Source of the DNA: Trypanosoma brucei | Lineage: Eukaryota | Assembly (NCBI GenBank): GCA_000002445.1 | Contig: CP000068.1 | Span: 768,001-832,000 of the forward strand | Direction of reading: 5' to 3' | DNA length: 64,000 nt | In this document: positions 21,070 to 32,164 of the stretch, one piece after another | How positions within the stretch are numbered: the stretch's first letter is position 1 | How the letters are laid out: each line of letters starts with the position of its first letter | Translations under genes and position numbers: made by a program | The notes under the pieces: model-generated | What the model saw: the letters and a program-made list of their open reading frames with translations, nothing else | Databases searched by the model: none | Told to the model about the DNA's origin: nothing

Positions 21070-21689
21070 CGCAACTGTTACTCTTTTCCTTTTTGCGTGT
21101 ATTTGTGTCTGCGAAACGTGCGATTCCGTCCCTTTTTCTTTTTTTCTTTTTACTGGTTCCTCATTACGTTATTTTAATTGCGCCGTTTCAACCCCTTATC
21201 GTTTCTTTCTGTGATCGTATACAGCAACAATGTGTAAAACAGGATTTTACCCGTAATCTACTGGGGAGAGAAAACGAAATAAATAAATCAAGGAGTATGA
21301 AGGCGGACTTAGGGTTCTAGTCACAGTGCACGGTAGGTTCGCCTCATTTTTTTTAAAGGTTATTTTAATACTGACACTTTTTCTCTTTGTAAAGCACGAA
21401 TGTAAATCGAGTATATAATTATTGTTGTTATTCCGCTGCGCGTCGGTGTTTGTGGTATCTGAGCGGAATGCTGTATGAATACCTCTTACTTACTTGTTGT
21501 TATCTCTTTTTTCTTTCTCCCTACTGAAACTCGCAGTGGCCACGACCCTCCGTTGCACGTGCACTGTTGAGTTTTTAACCACTGACTTTCCTATGAAGCT
21601 TCATACCTACTTTCCCCGTCTGATCAATGCATTTTGTTTCTTTCCCTTCCTCTTAATTTTTTCGTCTCCACATGATTTAGCTGTCCGAT

Positions 21690-21725
21690 CTTTTTTTTTT
21701 TTCCACCGCTTGTCTTTTTTCCCAG
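21690..21725 (+). promoter_or_regulatory. Polypyrimidine tract plus AG, 8 nt upstream of the ATG of the 21733 gene
   Basis: ctttttttttttttccaccgcttgtcttttttcccag | cggttcgATG. Confidence 0.55.
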
Positions 21726-21732
21726 CGGTTCG

Positions 21733-23211
21733 ATGCCACTCCTTCTCCGTTTGTGTCTACGTATCGTAGATCCGGATGGTGCAGAAATGATGATGTGGTT
21801 GTCTTACTCCGTGATTAGCACTACAACTGCAAGTGATGTGATTCGTTTTGCTCAGCGAACTGTTTGTGAGCGGCTCGGTGCGAGTCTTGCTGCACCTGTA
21901 GGGGAATTAACGTTGTGTATACGTGATATCTTTATGAGGTTTGTGGCCGTCGGCACCTTAGCTTCCTCCAAGAATGAGGTTCCGATAACAACTATGCGTT
22001 TCTTCGAGGAGTTGCTTCGCGCAAACCGAGAGAACCGAAGTAGTTCTTCCATGTGTATGGGAGGTGATGGAGCATGGCAGAAATTTATAGTAATCCAAGG
22101 CGCCCTTGCACCTACAAAAGTGCTGCGACACCTCGATGTTCCTAAAAGTGCCGGAACGACGCATCCATCGTGCAGGTGCCAAATAGTTGAGGTTCCCTCG
22201 GAATTGGGTAGAGAACCGCTTTCAGTGGATGATCCCTTAGGTACGTCTCGAAACAGTTTGGTAAGTTACACAAATGAGACAGCGTTTGCCTCTCCCAAAC
22301 TAGAGGTTAATGATAACGATGATAGCGTGGTTATCAACAGTAGCGCGAGTGAAATGAGGGACTCGATGTCTGTTGACGTGCGCCATGTTAGTGTGGAAGG
22401 TGAGCAGCATACGATTACACTTCGTGCCGCTGACCTCCAATCGTTGGAAACCGCCTTGTTGAAATGCTGTGAGGATTTGGGTCCGAAAGCGGGGTATGAG
22501 TTAGAACCATCGAGGATGCGTTTGATGTACAGCACAGAGGAGAACACCCAAAGTTTCCCGGTTGAAACTGATATGGTGCTGAAACAAACACTAGAGAACC
22601 CAAATGTTACGTGTCTTTCCCTCGTGGAAAGGTCGCAAGTATCTAACTCAGCCTCTGACACCGCTACTTTAAGTGAGAGAACAGGTTTGGCACGTACAAG
22701 AAGGGAACCGATCGATGACAGCAGTCATGAACCATTTGCAGATGTGACACCAATGGAGTTAAGAAGAAATGCGTGCGTAATACCGGGTGCAACACCCAAG
22801 AAACCTCTAATTCTGAAGCATGTGGACACCGTTCCACCACTGCCGGCATTTTCGTCCCTCAATGACTTGTCTCCGGTTGAAAATTCATTCAGACCAATGA
22901 AAGCAAATGGGAAAAGACGAACGAGCGATTTGGTGAAAGGAGATATAACGGGTTCTAACTCGGAACTGGCATCTTTTCACCGAGACATGGATGAAGCGCT
23001 TGGATACTACTATAGGATTGTGGAAGAAAATAACAGGTCTATCGGCATGCTGCAGCATCAAGTATCTTCGCTCACAAACGAACTGAAGGGATACAACAAT
23101 GCAGAGCAGGACTGCAAGAGTCTCGAGAAAATTTTAGAGAGACTCAGAATGAATGTGGGCAGGGGAGAAAGTCGGCAAAAGGGCCTTTTACAGGAACTTG
23201 ACGAATTGTGA
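21733..23211 (+). CDS. Hypothetical protein (492 aa) with C-terminal coiled coil
   Basis: A long ATG-initiated ORF on the transcribed strand. A polypyrimidine tract (21690-21723) plus AG (21724-25) lies 8 nt upstream of the ATG. I recognise no domain. Confidence 0.65.
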   Translation: MPLLLRLCLRIVDPDGAEMMMWLSYSVISTTTASDVIRFAQRTVCERLGASLAAPVGELTLCIRDIFMRFVAVGTLASSKNEVPITTMRFFEELLRANRENRSSSSMCMGGDGAWQKFIVIQGALAPTKVLRHLDVPKSAGTTHPSCRCQIVEVPSELGREPLSVDDPLGTSRNSLVSYTNETAFASPKLEVNDNDDSVVINSSASEMRDSMSVDVRHVSVEGEQHTITLRAADLQSLETALLKCCEDLGPKAGYELEPSRMRLMYSTEENTQSFPVETDMVLKQTLENPNVTCLSLVERSQVSNSASDTATLSERTGLARTRREPIDDSSHEPFADVTPMELRRNACVIPGATPKKPLILKHVDTVPPLPAFSSLNDLSPVENSFRPMKANGKRRTSDLVKGDITGSNSELASFHRDMDEALGYYYRIVEENNRSIGMLQHQVSSLTNELKGYNNAEQDCKSLEKILERLRMNVGRGESRQKGLLQELDEL

Positions 23212-23630
23212 TCCCCCTGCTGAGTTTTTTTTCTTTCGGTGAGCACACCGCGGTTGCCTCCGGCGTTCTGACGATTTTTGAGCTAGATATTTATTCACAG
23301 GCGGGAATGGCATATGCTCCTGCGTTCCCTTCAATCTCTGTTTTGGTTCCGCACATGCATATAATAATTTTAAAAAGTTGTGAAGATGGAATATCGCACA
23401 AATGCAACGCCGTTCAATCATTTAGTATGCTACGTTCGTTGTTTATGTCTTTCCGCTGTGCCCCAAAGTTTTTACTGTAGTTGGCGAACCCTTACCCCAG
23501 CAAACGTTAAGTGTATCAACGTTGCCAAATTTCTTTTTCTGCTACGGAAACGTTGGTTTCTAAATTCATTCGGCTTTGCGCGAGTTTGCATTATTTTCAT
23601 TTCTTCACTGCAGCACCATATTGTGAGAGT

Positions 23631-23668
23631 ACTCTTTTTTTCCTATTCTCGTACAGCGGGTTCTTTAG
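23631..23668 (+). promoter_or_regulatory. Polypyrimidine tract plus AG upstream of the 23672 gene
   Basis: actctttttttcctattctcgtacagcgggttctttag | tcgATG. Confidence 0.5.
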
Positions 23669-23671
23669 TCG

Positions 23672-25072
23672 ATGGTAAACAATGAAGGGTATTCGCATCG
23701 GGATGTGATGACTGCTAGACTTCTTGTCGAGGCAGTTGATAGCAGCAATCATATGGAAGAATATAGCGTACAATTTATTTTCTTCAGAGACACAACTGTT
23801 GGGGACGTGCTGCAAGATGTAGAAGAGAAACTTAACGCAGTGGGGCTACGGCTTTCTGTGCCGCCATCTCAATGTGGTCTCACATTTAAATGCAATGATA
23901 TTGAGGTAGCGAAGGGCAGCGTCGGAGGGGCGGCTTACAACAGAGCATGTAAGGGTGATGAGAAGGGCGTTACGATGCTTCGTGGCACCGACCGCATATT
24001 CGGCTCACCAGCTGTGGAACATTTTTATTGCAACAGGAAACGCTTGGGTTGTGAACGAGTTGCACAATTTATGGTCGTTCAGAGAAGATGTGCAACCCTT
24101 CCAGCAGGAACGACCGCCTCGCATTCGCAGGAGCGGAAGGAATTCACTCAACAAACCCCTACATGTGATTTTGGAGGTTCTGGTGGGTTTTCGCGATACC
24201 TTCTTCCAAGGCAACCGCTAGTTGACCTTTCACGCGTAGGAACGGGCCGGTGTGTTGGTGCCACTGTAACTGATGACCATAACGCCAGCACCTCTACTGG
24301 TTATGGGAATTTAGATACGCTTTCCAAAGTACGACGCATGGTAGAAGAGGAACGACAACTTGTCTTTTGCTTCGGCCAAGATCAACGGAGCGTAAATTTG
24401 CAAATGAAACCGGTGAGACATTGGTCATCACTGTTGAAGGAGCCACCTTCCAGATGTGTGTTGACAAAGGCGGTGGAGGATGAAAAGGCGGCGTATGAAC
24501 GTCTTACTAAACTCATTAGGGGCTTAACTATCAGTGAGGCTGCCAAAAAAGCAGCAGAACGCGATATGCTGGAAAAAGAAAGTAAGCAACTGAGAGAAAA
24601 GATTTCCAGAGCAAAGGGATATATTGAGAGACGCAAAGTCATGCAAGAGGAGGTCGAGCGCCTCAGAAAGGTGCTTGAAACCCGTAAAGAAGAAGAAGAA
24701 AGACACCTTCAGAGTGAGGTAGAGAAAAATGAGAGGGAAATACAACCCCAACAGGGTATGAATACAAAACAATGTTCCCCACCAGTTGCATCTCCGGCAT
24801 CCACAAACGTGGTGATACCGCAGTCCGTCTCACTGACTGAAAAGCAAACATTGCTTCAAGTTGTAACACCAGCATCCGATTGTGTAATGAGAGGTTTAAA
24901 TGCTGATCCAACTGCCTTTTCGCTGTCGACTACTCCAACTTGCTTTTTTCTTTCGTGTCAGTCTGCACCCGATTGCATCAGTAACAGAGGAAGCAGAGGC
25001 CATGCCATATCGCCATCAATATCTGTTGGTGAATACAAAATTACCACACCTGCAGATATCACTCCCTCATAA
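23672..25072 (+). CDS. Hypothetical protein (466 aa)
   Basis: A long ATG ORF. A polyY tract with AG at 23631-23668 lies immediately upstream. There is a coiled-coil, K/E-rich segment in the middle. I recognise no domain. Confidence 0.6.
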   Translation: MVNNEGYSHRDVMTARLLVEAVDSSNHMEEYSVQFIFFRDTTVGDVLQDVEEKLNAVGLRLSVPPSQCGLTFKCNDIEVAKGSVGGAAYNRACKGDEKGVTMLRGTDRIFGSPAVEHFYCNRKRLGCERVAQFMVVQRRCATLPAGTTASHSQERKEFTQQTPTCDFGGSGGFSRYLLPRQPLVDLSRVGTGRCVGATVTDDHNASTSTGYGNLDTLSKVRRMVEEERQLVFCFGQDQRSVNLQMKPVRHWSSLLKEPPSRCVLTKAVEDEKAAYERLTKLIRGLTISEAAKKAAERDMLEKESKQLREKISRAKGYIERRKVMQEEVERLRKVLETRKEEEERHLQSEVEKNEREIQPQQGMNTKQCSPPVASPASTNVVIPQSVSLTEKQTLLQVVTPASDCVMRGLNADPTAFSLSTTPTCFFLSCQSAPDCISNRGSRGHAISPSISVGEYKITTPADITPS

Positions 25073-26507
25073 TATTAACGGTCTGTCGGGCCGAGGGAGT
25101 TCAATTAAAATCACGGGCGTTCCGGAACAAACCGATATGAAACAAAAGTGTGTGCTGAGTGCTTGTGAAGTGTCAGCTTCGTGGAGACTCAACACAACCC
25201 GGTTTTCCACACCACAAAAAAGAAAAAGAAAGACAAGAGGAAAAAAAAAACAGACAAAGAAAAAGATATACAAACGGAGAAAGAGAAAAAAAAAATAGAA
25301 ACGACAAAAGGGAGATTTGTGCTATGTGCTATGTGCTAATACAAAAAATAATAACAGCAGCAACAGCAGCACCAAAAAGAAGGAGTGGCGTTGTACCACT
25401 CAATCACTTTCAAGGGATCCCTTTACTGCCCAATTTATTTTATTATTTTTTCATTTTCATTCTTTTGCTTTGATGCTGCGACGGGGAGATTATCACAATG
25501 GCACAACCGATAATTAATGATAGCCGTTTGGTACCGTTTGCAACGGTTGTGTTTGAAAACATGTGGGGTTCATTCGGTAGAAACTTCCGCGGAAAATGTG
25601 GGAAGTGTGCGAGATTTGGTGGTTTTGGTTTCATCATACGCACCTTTGGCCACATATTTCCGAAAGCGATTTTTACCTCTCTCCCTCCCTCTCTCTCTTT
25701 TTTGTTTTATACTTTTGTATGTGTGTAACGTCCTCGCGGTGTTGGTTTTGTTACGACGTTTTCACTGCTGCAACTTTTATATATTTATATTTCTATTCTT
25801 CATGAGGTGATATTTCCATATATTTATAATGAAGGAAGCGGTCTTTTTGGGCTGGTGTTTTGTACTGTTATCGTCCAAGGAAACGTTATTGTGCTGAATT
25901 CTGATAAATTGTACGCGTACATATAAATATTTGTACATTTATGTTTGTGTTTTGCGTTTGGCTGATGTTTACAATGGTATAAGTGATGTCGTGCAAGTTG
26001 ATGGCAAAGCCATTACCGCTTCCATTTCTTTTGTTTGTTTGTTTGTTTCAATTTTATGTGCTGTGCGAACACCCAATACGGAATAGTAGACATTACTTTT
26101 TGTTTTTTGTTTTTGTTTTCTTTGTTACTTCTCACCTACACTCTTAAAGATGAATCGGCGGTTGAACTGCGATTGCTACAGTTTTGCGAAAAGTTGTTTA
26201 GCTGAAAAGGGATGTTACTTTAGAAGCGCATGTGAAATTAGTGGCGGTTTTTTTTTTTTAGAAGTTGTGTTAACCACCGTAAGAGGACGAGTAAGTCTTT
26301 CAAAAAATAAAAAAAAATAAAATGAGAAAAAAAAAAGCAGCTTATGAGTGGTGTATGCATCTTCCAGGCCTGAATCCTCTACTGTTGCTTTTCGCTTTCT
26401 TCCTGTAGTGTCCGGTTAGCTTTTTTTTCTTGCTTTTGTTTTTGGTTTACATAAATAATAGTCATATATGAATATATATAAATATATATATGTGTGTGTG
26501 TGTGTGC

Positions 26508-26558
26508 GGGGGGGAGGAGAGGCGGCCCGCAAATATTAACGTTACCCCCCCCCCCCCC
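26508..26558. repeat. G7 homopolymer ... C14 homopolymer pair (partial inverted repeat), preceded by (TG)n
   Basis: cgggggggaggagaggcggcccgcaaatattaacgttacccccccccccccc. Confidence 0.8.
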
Positions 26559-26644
26559 GCTGACCGGGTGCTTGAAAAAAAAAAAAGAAAAAAAAAGACA
26601 GGGCAGTGTGGGTGTGGAGTGGGATGAAATGGTTGCGTCTGTTG

Positions 26645-26645
<1 letters not shown>

Positions 26646-26677
<32 letters not shown>
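26646..26677. repeat. (TA)n microsatellite
   Basis: tatatatatatatatatatatatatatatata. Confidence 0.9.
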
Positions 26678-26830
26678 GCTTTTTCTTTGAGTGATAAATT
26701 GTGTAATTCATAATTGATTATTTGCTTTGTGTATCTTCTCTAATTTTTCTACTCAATCCTTTTTTTTTTTTTGTAGGCCTCCCCTTGTGCATTTAGTTTT
26801 ATTAAATTGTACAACCCGTTTTTGTGAGGG

Positions 26831-27865
26831 ATGGCACAAACCTCTTTCACACCCTTGTCCTTCTCGACTACGAGCAGCTGGGTAACATTAGATCCCAACG
26901 GGGTGTACATCAGTGGTGGAAGTTATAATAATTCATCGCCGGTACATACGGAGCGACGGCAGTTGTTACAACCTTTAAATGATGGTCCTTTTGCTTCATG
27001 GCATCAACATCCTCCATCATCTCCCGGATCAACTTATGCTTCTGATGATTGTTATAACTTAAATACCGTGTGTTCGGAGTGGTCTGTATTGTGTGTTGAG
27101 CATTCCCCCACGTTGTCACAAGGAGGTAGCCGTTATGAAACACCACGAGAAGGTACAAACCAAGTTCGCACATTTCCAACAAGTTTAAGTAGCGAAACTC
27201 AACAAGATATTCTTTTTACCTCTACAGCAGGTTTATGTGGCGACATCACCGGCACCTCACGTGTGCCTTTGCGTAGCGGCGTATTGCGAAGTACTGCACA
27301 TCCCTCATTGAGACCCCAACTTTTTCCTTTTAGTTCAACAAACAATTTTTCTCCGCTTTCTCAAATTGTTGTTACATCTGTTTTTGGTCGTTACTTATCT
27401 CAACAATTATCAACGCTGCATGTAAGGGAATGCATTGGTTCAGAAAGTGATGTGGACACATCCATTCCCTCACGAGGTTCTTCACCTTTTGTCGCATCAC
27501 GTGGAAGCTGGGATGAAGTGGATTATAATAGTTGCTGTGATGAATATTCTTATGAAAGAGTGAGTGAAGGCACATGTCAATGCAGCAGTTCTACCGCCAG
27601 TCAATCTTGCAGTGAAAAGGGGACTTTACCGGGTTCCGTTCTTACTGAATTGTTTCTTTCTTTTGTTTTAAAAAATGTTCTCTCAGGTACTAATGGCCGC
27701 GACACGTACCGCCATTCCTCGAAAAAAACAACTGGATCCTCCCGCAATGATGCCACGGAATCTAATGAACATCGGGGCTGGTCAATGGTTAGCCGCTGGT
27801 TTGTAACAAATGTGGAACCGCTGGTGGTTTGTACCGTTTACGGTATTATGGTATTTGTGCTTTGA
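26831..27865 (+). CDS. Hypothetical Ser/Thr-rich protein (344 aa) with a C-terminal hydrophobic tail
   Basis: An ATG ORF preceded by a polyY tract plus AG (26757-26778). It is not built from DNA homopolymers. The C-terminus WFVTNVEPLVVCTVYGIMVFVL is hydrophobic. I recognise no domain. Confidence 0.45.
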   Translation: MAQTSFTPLSFSTTSSWVTLDPNGVYISGGSYNNSSPVHTERRQLLQPLNDGPFASWHQHPPSSPGSTYASDDCYNLNTVCSEWSVLCVEHSPTLSQGGSRYETPREGTNQVRTFPTSLSSETQQDILFTSTAGLCGDITGTSRVPLRSGVLRSTAHPSLRPQLFPFSSTNNFSPLSQIVVTSVFGRYLSQQLSTLHVRECIGSESDVDTSIPSRGSSPFVASRGSWDEVDYNSCCDEYSYERVSEGTCQCSSSTASQSCSEKGTLPGSVLTELFLSFVLKNVLSGTNGRDTYRHSSKKTTGSSRNDATESNEHRGWSMVSRWFVTNVEPLVVCTVYGIMVFVL

Positions 27866-28009
27866 GGTGAAGAAACAAAAGGGGGGGGGAACAAAAAATA
27901 AGAAAAGAATAAAAGAAACTGTGGGGGGAGGGGATTACTGTGAAGTTTAATAGAGATGGATAGTGACGGTACAAGTGGCGTCAAAAGGAAAAGAAAAGGG
28001 GGAAAAAGG

Positions 28010-28040
<31 letters not shown>

Positions 28041-31000
28041 AAAGAACTACAAAAGAAAAGGGAGGGAAATGATTTTTTGAAGGAGCGACACATCACATAT
28101 TTGTACGCAAACTGTTATTTTCAAAGGAACAACAACAACAAAAAACATTCGTTGAGAGAATGGGAACAAGTGATTGAACTTTATTCTCCTCTTTGTTATT
28201 TCTAGTGCAGTGTTCTGTGCAAGTTCCGTGCAAGTTCCCATCATTAGTTACTTATTTATTAGAGAGAGAAGAGAGAGAAGAGAGAGAGAGAAAAAAAAAA
28301 AGAAAGAAAAAAATGGTGTGGGATTAAATGTTGAGATGTTTTTTAAAAAAAAAAACAAAAAAACAAAAACAAAAAAGGAAACAAAGAAAGAAGAGGAAGA
28401 CACTCAAAGCAACATCCTTTCGATGACTACTTGTCCAATTTCAACAACGTCACCACTTCCCTATTTTTTTTTTTTGGTTTTCTTTTCTTTTTTTTTTCTT
28501 TTTTTCTTTAAAAAAAAACTTTTCCTACTTTTTTATTTTTCCGTTCCACTACTTGTGCTGAATCGTGACAGTTTCCCACGAGTTCATGCCGTCTACTTCT
28601 TTCTCTTCTTTTTTTTTTTCCTTCTTTGCGGTTCCCCTTTTTTTCTTTTTTTTTTGCTCCTTTTTCGCGTTTTCTCTTCAAATGAATTACGCTCGAAAGG
28701 GAAAGTTACAATTATATAAATACTTGCAAAAATGACCTCAGGGAGGCGAGAGCAAAGTGAAGCAAAAAAAAAAAAGAAGAAAACCACAGCAACCAGTGGT
28801 TTGTTTTATTTTAAATAAATAAATAAATAAAAAATATATAAATATACGTGTTTGGTTGTTTTTGTTTTCTTTCTTTCTTTTTTTTTTCTGCTGCCCCCTC
28901 CACCTTCCATCTTCACCTTTTTTTTCCTTTCTTTCTTTCTCCCTCTCTTTCTATGTTTTTGTTTATATTTGCTTGGAAGTTCACTTCACACGTGGATGAG
29001 GGAGATGCACACAAATGCGGGGGTGGGGAAGAAAAAAAAAAGAAACGTGGAAACAAAAATAGAAATGTGATATCTGAAATTAATCAGAGTGATACAAATG
29101 AAAAGAGGAGAACCGAAGGAAAATAAAGAAGAAAAAAAGAAAAAAAAAAGAATCAGAGTGTTAGCAGTGACTGCCCTTTTCGTACCATCTCTATTTTGTT
29201 TTTTTTGTTTGTTTGTTTGTTTTTGAAAAATTACTTTTCAATTACTCACTCTCGTTTTTCTCCTTTTCTCCTTTTCTATATATATATATATAAATATTAT
29301 CTAGGATATTTAGTATATTTCTTTATATATTTATTTGTTTTATATTAACATTGATATACATGTTTGTATCTATAAAACGTGCATAAAGCCGTGTATATGT
29401 TTACAACAACTGACATGTTTTTGTCTCTTTTCTTGACAGCGGCATGGAGGGGGGGGGAGGGGAGGAGGAAGGGAAGAAAATTATAAAACAATTATGAATA
29501 ACAACAACACTCGTCAGAAAAAAAAAAAAGGAAACAAAAACAAAAAATGGAGGAAAAAAAAATGAAATAAAACTGTGGGTTTTGAAGTGTTCGCTTTGAT
29601 GATTGCCCCGTGAACCGAAGTAAACAACACGAGAAGGAAACTGGGAGGAGTACAAACATACGAAAACTTCCACGCGTACATTTCTTTTTTTTTTTATTTT
29701 ATCATGCAGAAAAAAAATCTATTGTTTTGATATTATTATTATTATTATTATTTTTGTTGTTGTTGCTGTTGTTGTTTTTAATTGTATTTCTTACCCTTTT
29801 TGTTTCGTTTTGACTGTTTTTCTTTTTTTTTTTTAATGATCCCTTTTTCTTTTTTTTTATTATTTCCTTCTCATTTTTTACTTTGGCCATCATTTCCACC
29901 TGGCAGTTGCCGTTGTTGTATAACATATTTTTGAGTCATGTACAGAAAGCAAAAAAAAAAAAGAAAACAAGAAATAAATAAATTTTTTTAAAAAAAAAGT
30001 TAAAAAAAAGAGATATGACAAAATATTGAGTGGAATTCGCAGTGCCTTAGTGTTTCCTTGTGTGTGTTTGTTTGTGTGTGTGTGTTTTTTTTTTTTCCAG
30101 ATGATGGTGATGATAATGTTGTTATTGTTGTTGTTATTTCTGTTCCTAAACAATATATTAAAAAATATATATATATATATATATCAATATGTGTTAGGTG
30201 ATGCATTTTGGATTATGTGGCAGCGGCATATTCATTTTGTTGTGATTCTTCGTTGTTTTTCTTTTCTTTTTCTTTTTAAATTATTTAAGTGGGGTTTCGT
30301 TCTCACGTCCCTTTTTCATATTATTAGAAGTAACGGCAGTATCACACGACAATACATGACAAATTAATTAATCAATTAATTAATTACTCATACATGCCCG
30401 TAGGCGTAATTTCCTAAAAGATTTTGGGTGGAGTGCAAATTTAGTGGTATGTTTAGTTTTATGAGTGATTCCGTTCTTTCGCAATTTCATATTTCCCTAA
30501 CCCATCTTTTTTTTTATTGACTTTTTTCTTTTTCCTTTTTTTAAAATTTAAAATTTCGTTTTTGCTCCTGTGTGTGTGTGTGTCTTTTTTTTTTTTATTT
30601 TGCTTTTTAGTGGAAACACTTTCTTCAATTAAAGAAAAAAAAATACGAGGAAAGGAAAACAAATAATGCCTGCAGGGAGAGATGGGCAGCAAAAGCGGAG
30701 GAGGGATGATTTTTTTTTTTAAAAATAAAAAAACAGAGGAGCAAAGGACAGTGAGTGAATGGATAAATGAATAAGGGTGATCCTTAAAAAAATTAAAAAA
30801 AAATATATATATATATGTATAAAGGACTAGTAGTAGAAAGAAGGAAATAGAAAGCGGTAGTATTATCAGCAGTTTATTATATATTTAAAAAAAATATTGA
30901 GTGAATAATAGTGCGATGTGTATGCAACTTCACTTATTGTATATATTTACATAAGAGGACACATTTATTTGTGGTATTATTATTATTGTTATTGCTACAC

Positions 31001-31252
31001 ATATGTGTATCACTATTCATTTATATATGCATATGTTTATTAGTAATAGTGTTAGTATTAGTTATGATATTAGTAGTATTGCTGGTAGTAAAAATTAGTA
31101 TGGAAGGAACAAATGTTTCTCCATTTTTTTATATTTTTTTAAAAAAAAACTCGTTTCAAATTGCCGTTTTTTAACTAATTTTTTCTTCTTTGTCAAAATA
31201 ATGTTTATGAATAGTTGTGTAGGATTGAAGGGGTGGGGAAATGGGGATGCTT

Positions 31253-31278
31253 TAATATATATATATATATATATATAT
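31253..31278. repeat. (TA)n microsatellite
   Basis: atatatatatatatatatatatatat. Confidence 0.9.
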
Positions 31279-32164
31279 TGTTATTGCTATACAATTATGT
31301 TATTATAAATGTTCCTTTTTACAATTTTGATGTATTTTCCTCTCTTCTTCTTTTACTCATGTAGCTTTTTTTTTTCATTCTCATTTTCCAACTTCTTCTT
31401 TCGTTTATTATTGTTGTTGTTTTTTTCTGTTTTTTTTTTGCATGAAACGTTTTCATGTAAATGTTTTACATTTGTCTTCGTCTCTCTTTTTTTTTTTTAT
31501 ATACTGACTCAATATGGTTCGTCGGACCTCTTTTTTATTTTAAAAAAAAAATAAGGAAAAGGTGGAGAAAAGAAATAGAAATTATTATCTCACCCGAAAC
31601 GCTGCAATAACCCCTGGGTTTGTGTAAGTCGTTTGCCAATACGTTATTGTTGTTGTTTTTGTTCTTTTTTTCCATTGCGGTAAATATTTGTCTCTTATTT
31701 CCTTTTCCTTTTCCTTCCGTGCTTTGATGAATTATCTGACTGATTTTTTATTCTAAAAAATTTTGTTCCTTCTTTATTTATTTATTTATTTTTCCCCCTT
31801 CCCATTTTCTTTGCATAATTAACTTTTGTGCATTTCATTATGTAAAGGCTCAAGTATAGTCTACACAAAAGGTAACGCCATAGTGCTGGGGGAAAAGGTT
31901 TATTTTTTTTAATTTTATTTTTCATCTTCTTGAAGAAACTTCAAAGAAAAGAAGTTTAAACCAAAGAAAAAAAATCAGTGAAGAAGGTTAAACAGAAAAG
32001 AAAGGGAAGAGGAGGAAGAGAAAGAAGAAAAGGTGTACCAATACACAATAAAAAAAAAAAGGACAGTGACGAACTTCCAGAAAGAGAAGTGTAAAAAAAC
32101 AACAAAAATAAAATATTAAACAGTTCAGGATTTGTGCTGTTACGGTGAGTCCCAATTACATTTC

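Noticed and set aside
28174-29126. ORFs 28174-28719, 28593-28787 (-), 28848-29126, 29401-29673 (-), 29610-29813, 29702-30153 (-), 30026-30367, 30911-31174 and 31309-31554
   Set aside because: Their translations are poly-K/F/L/N strings produced by A-runs, T-runs and trinucleotide repeats. They are artefacts of low-complexity DNA, not genes.
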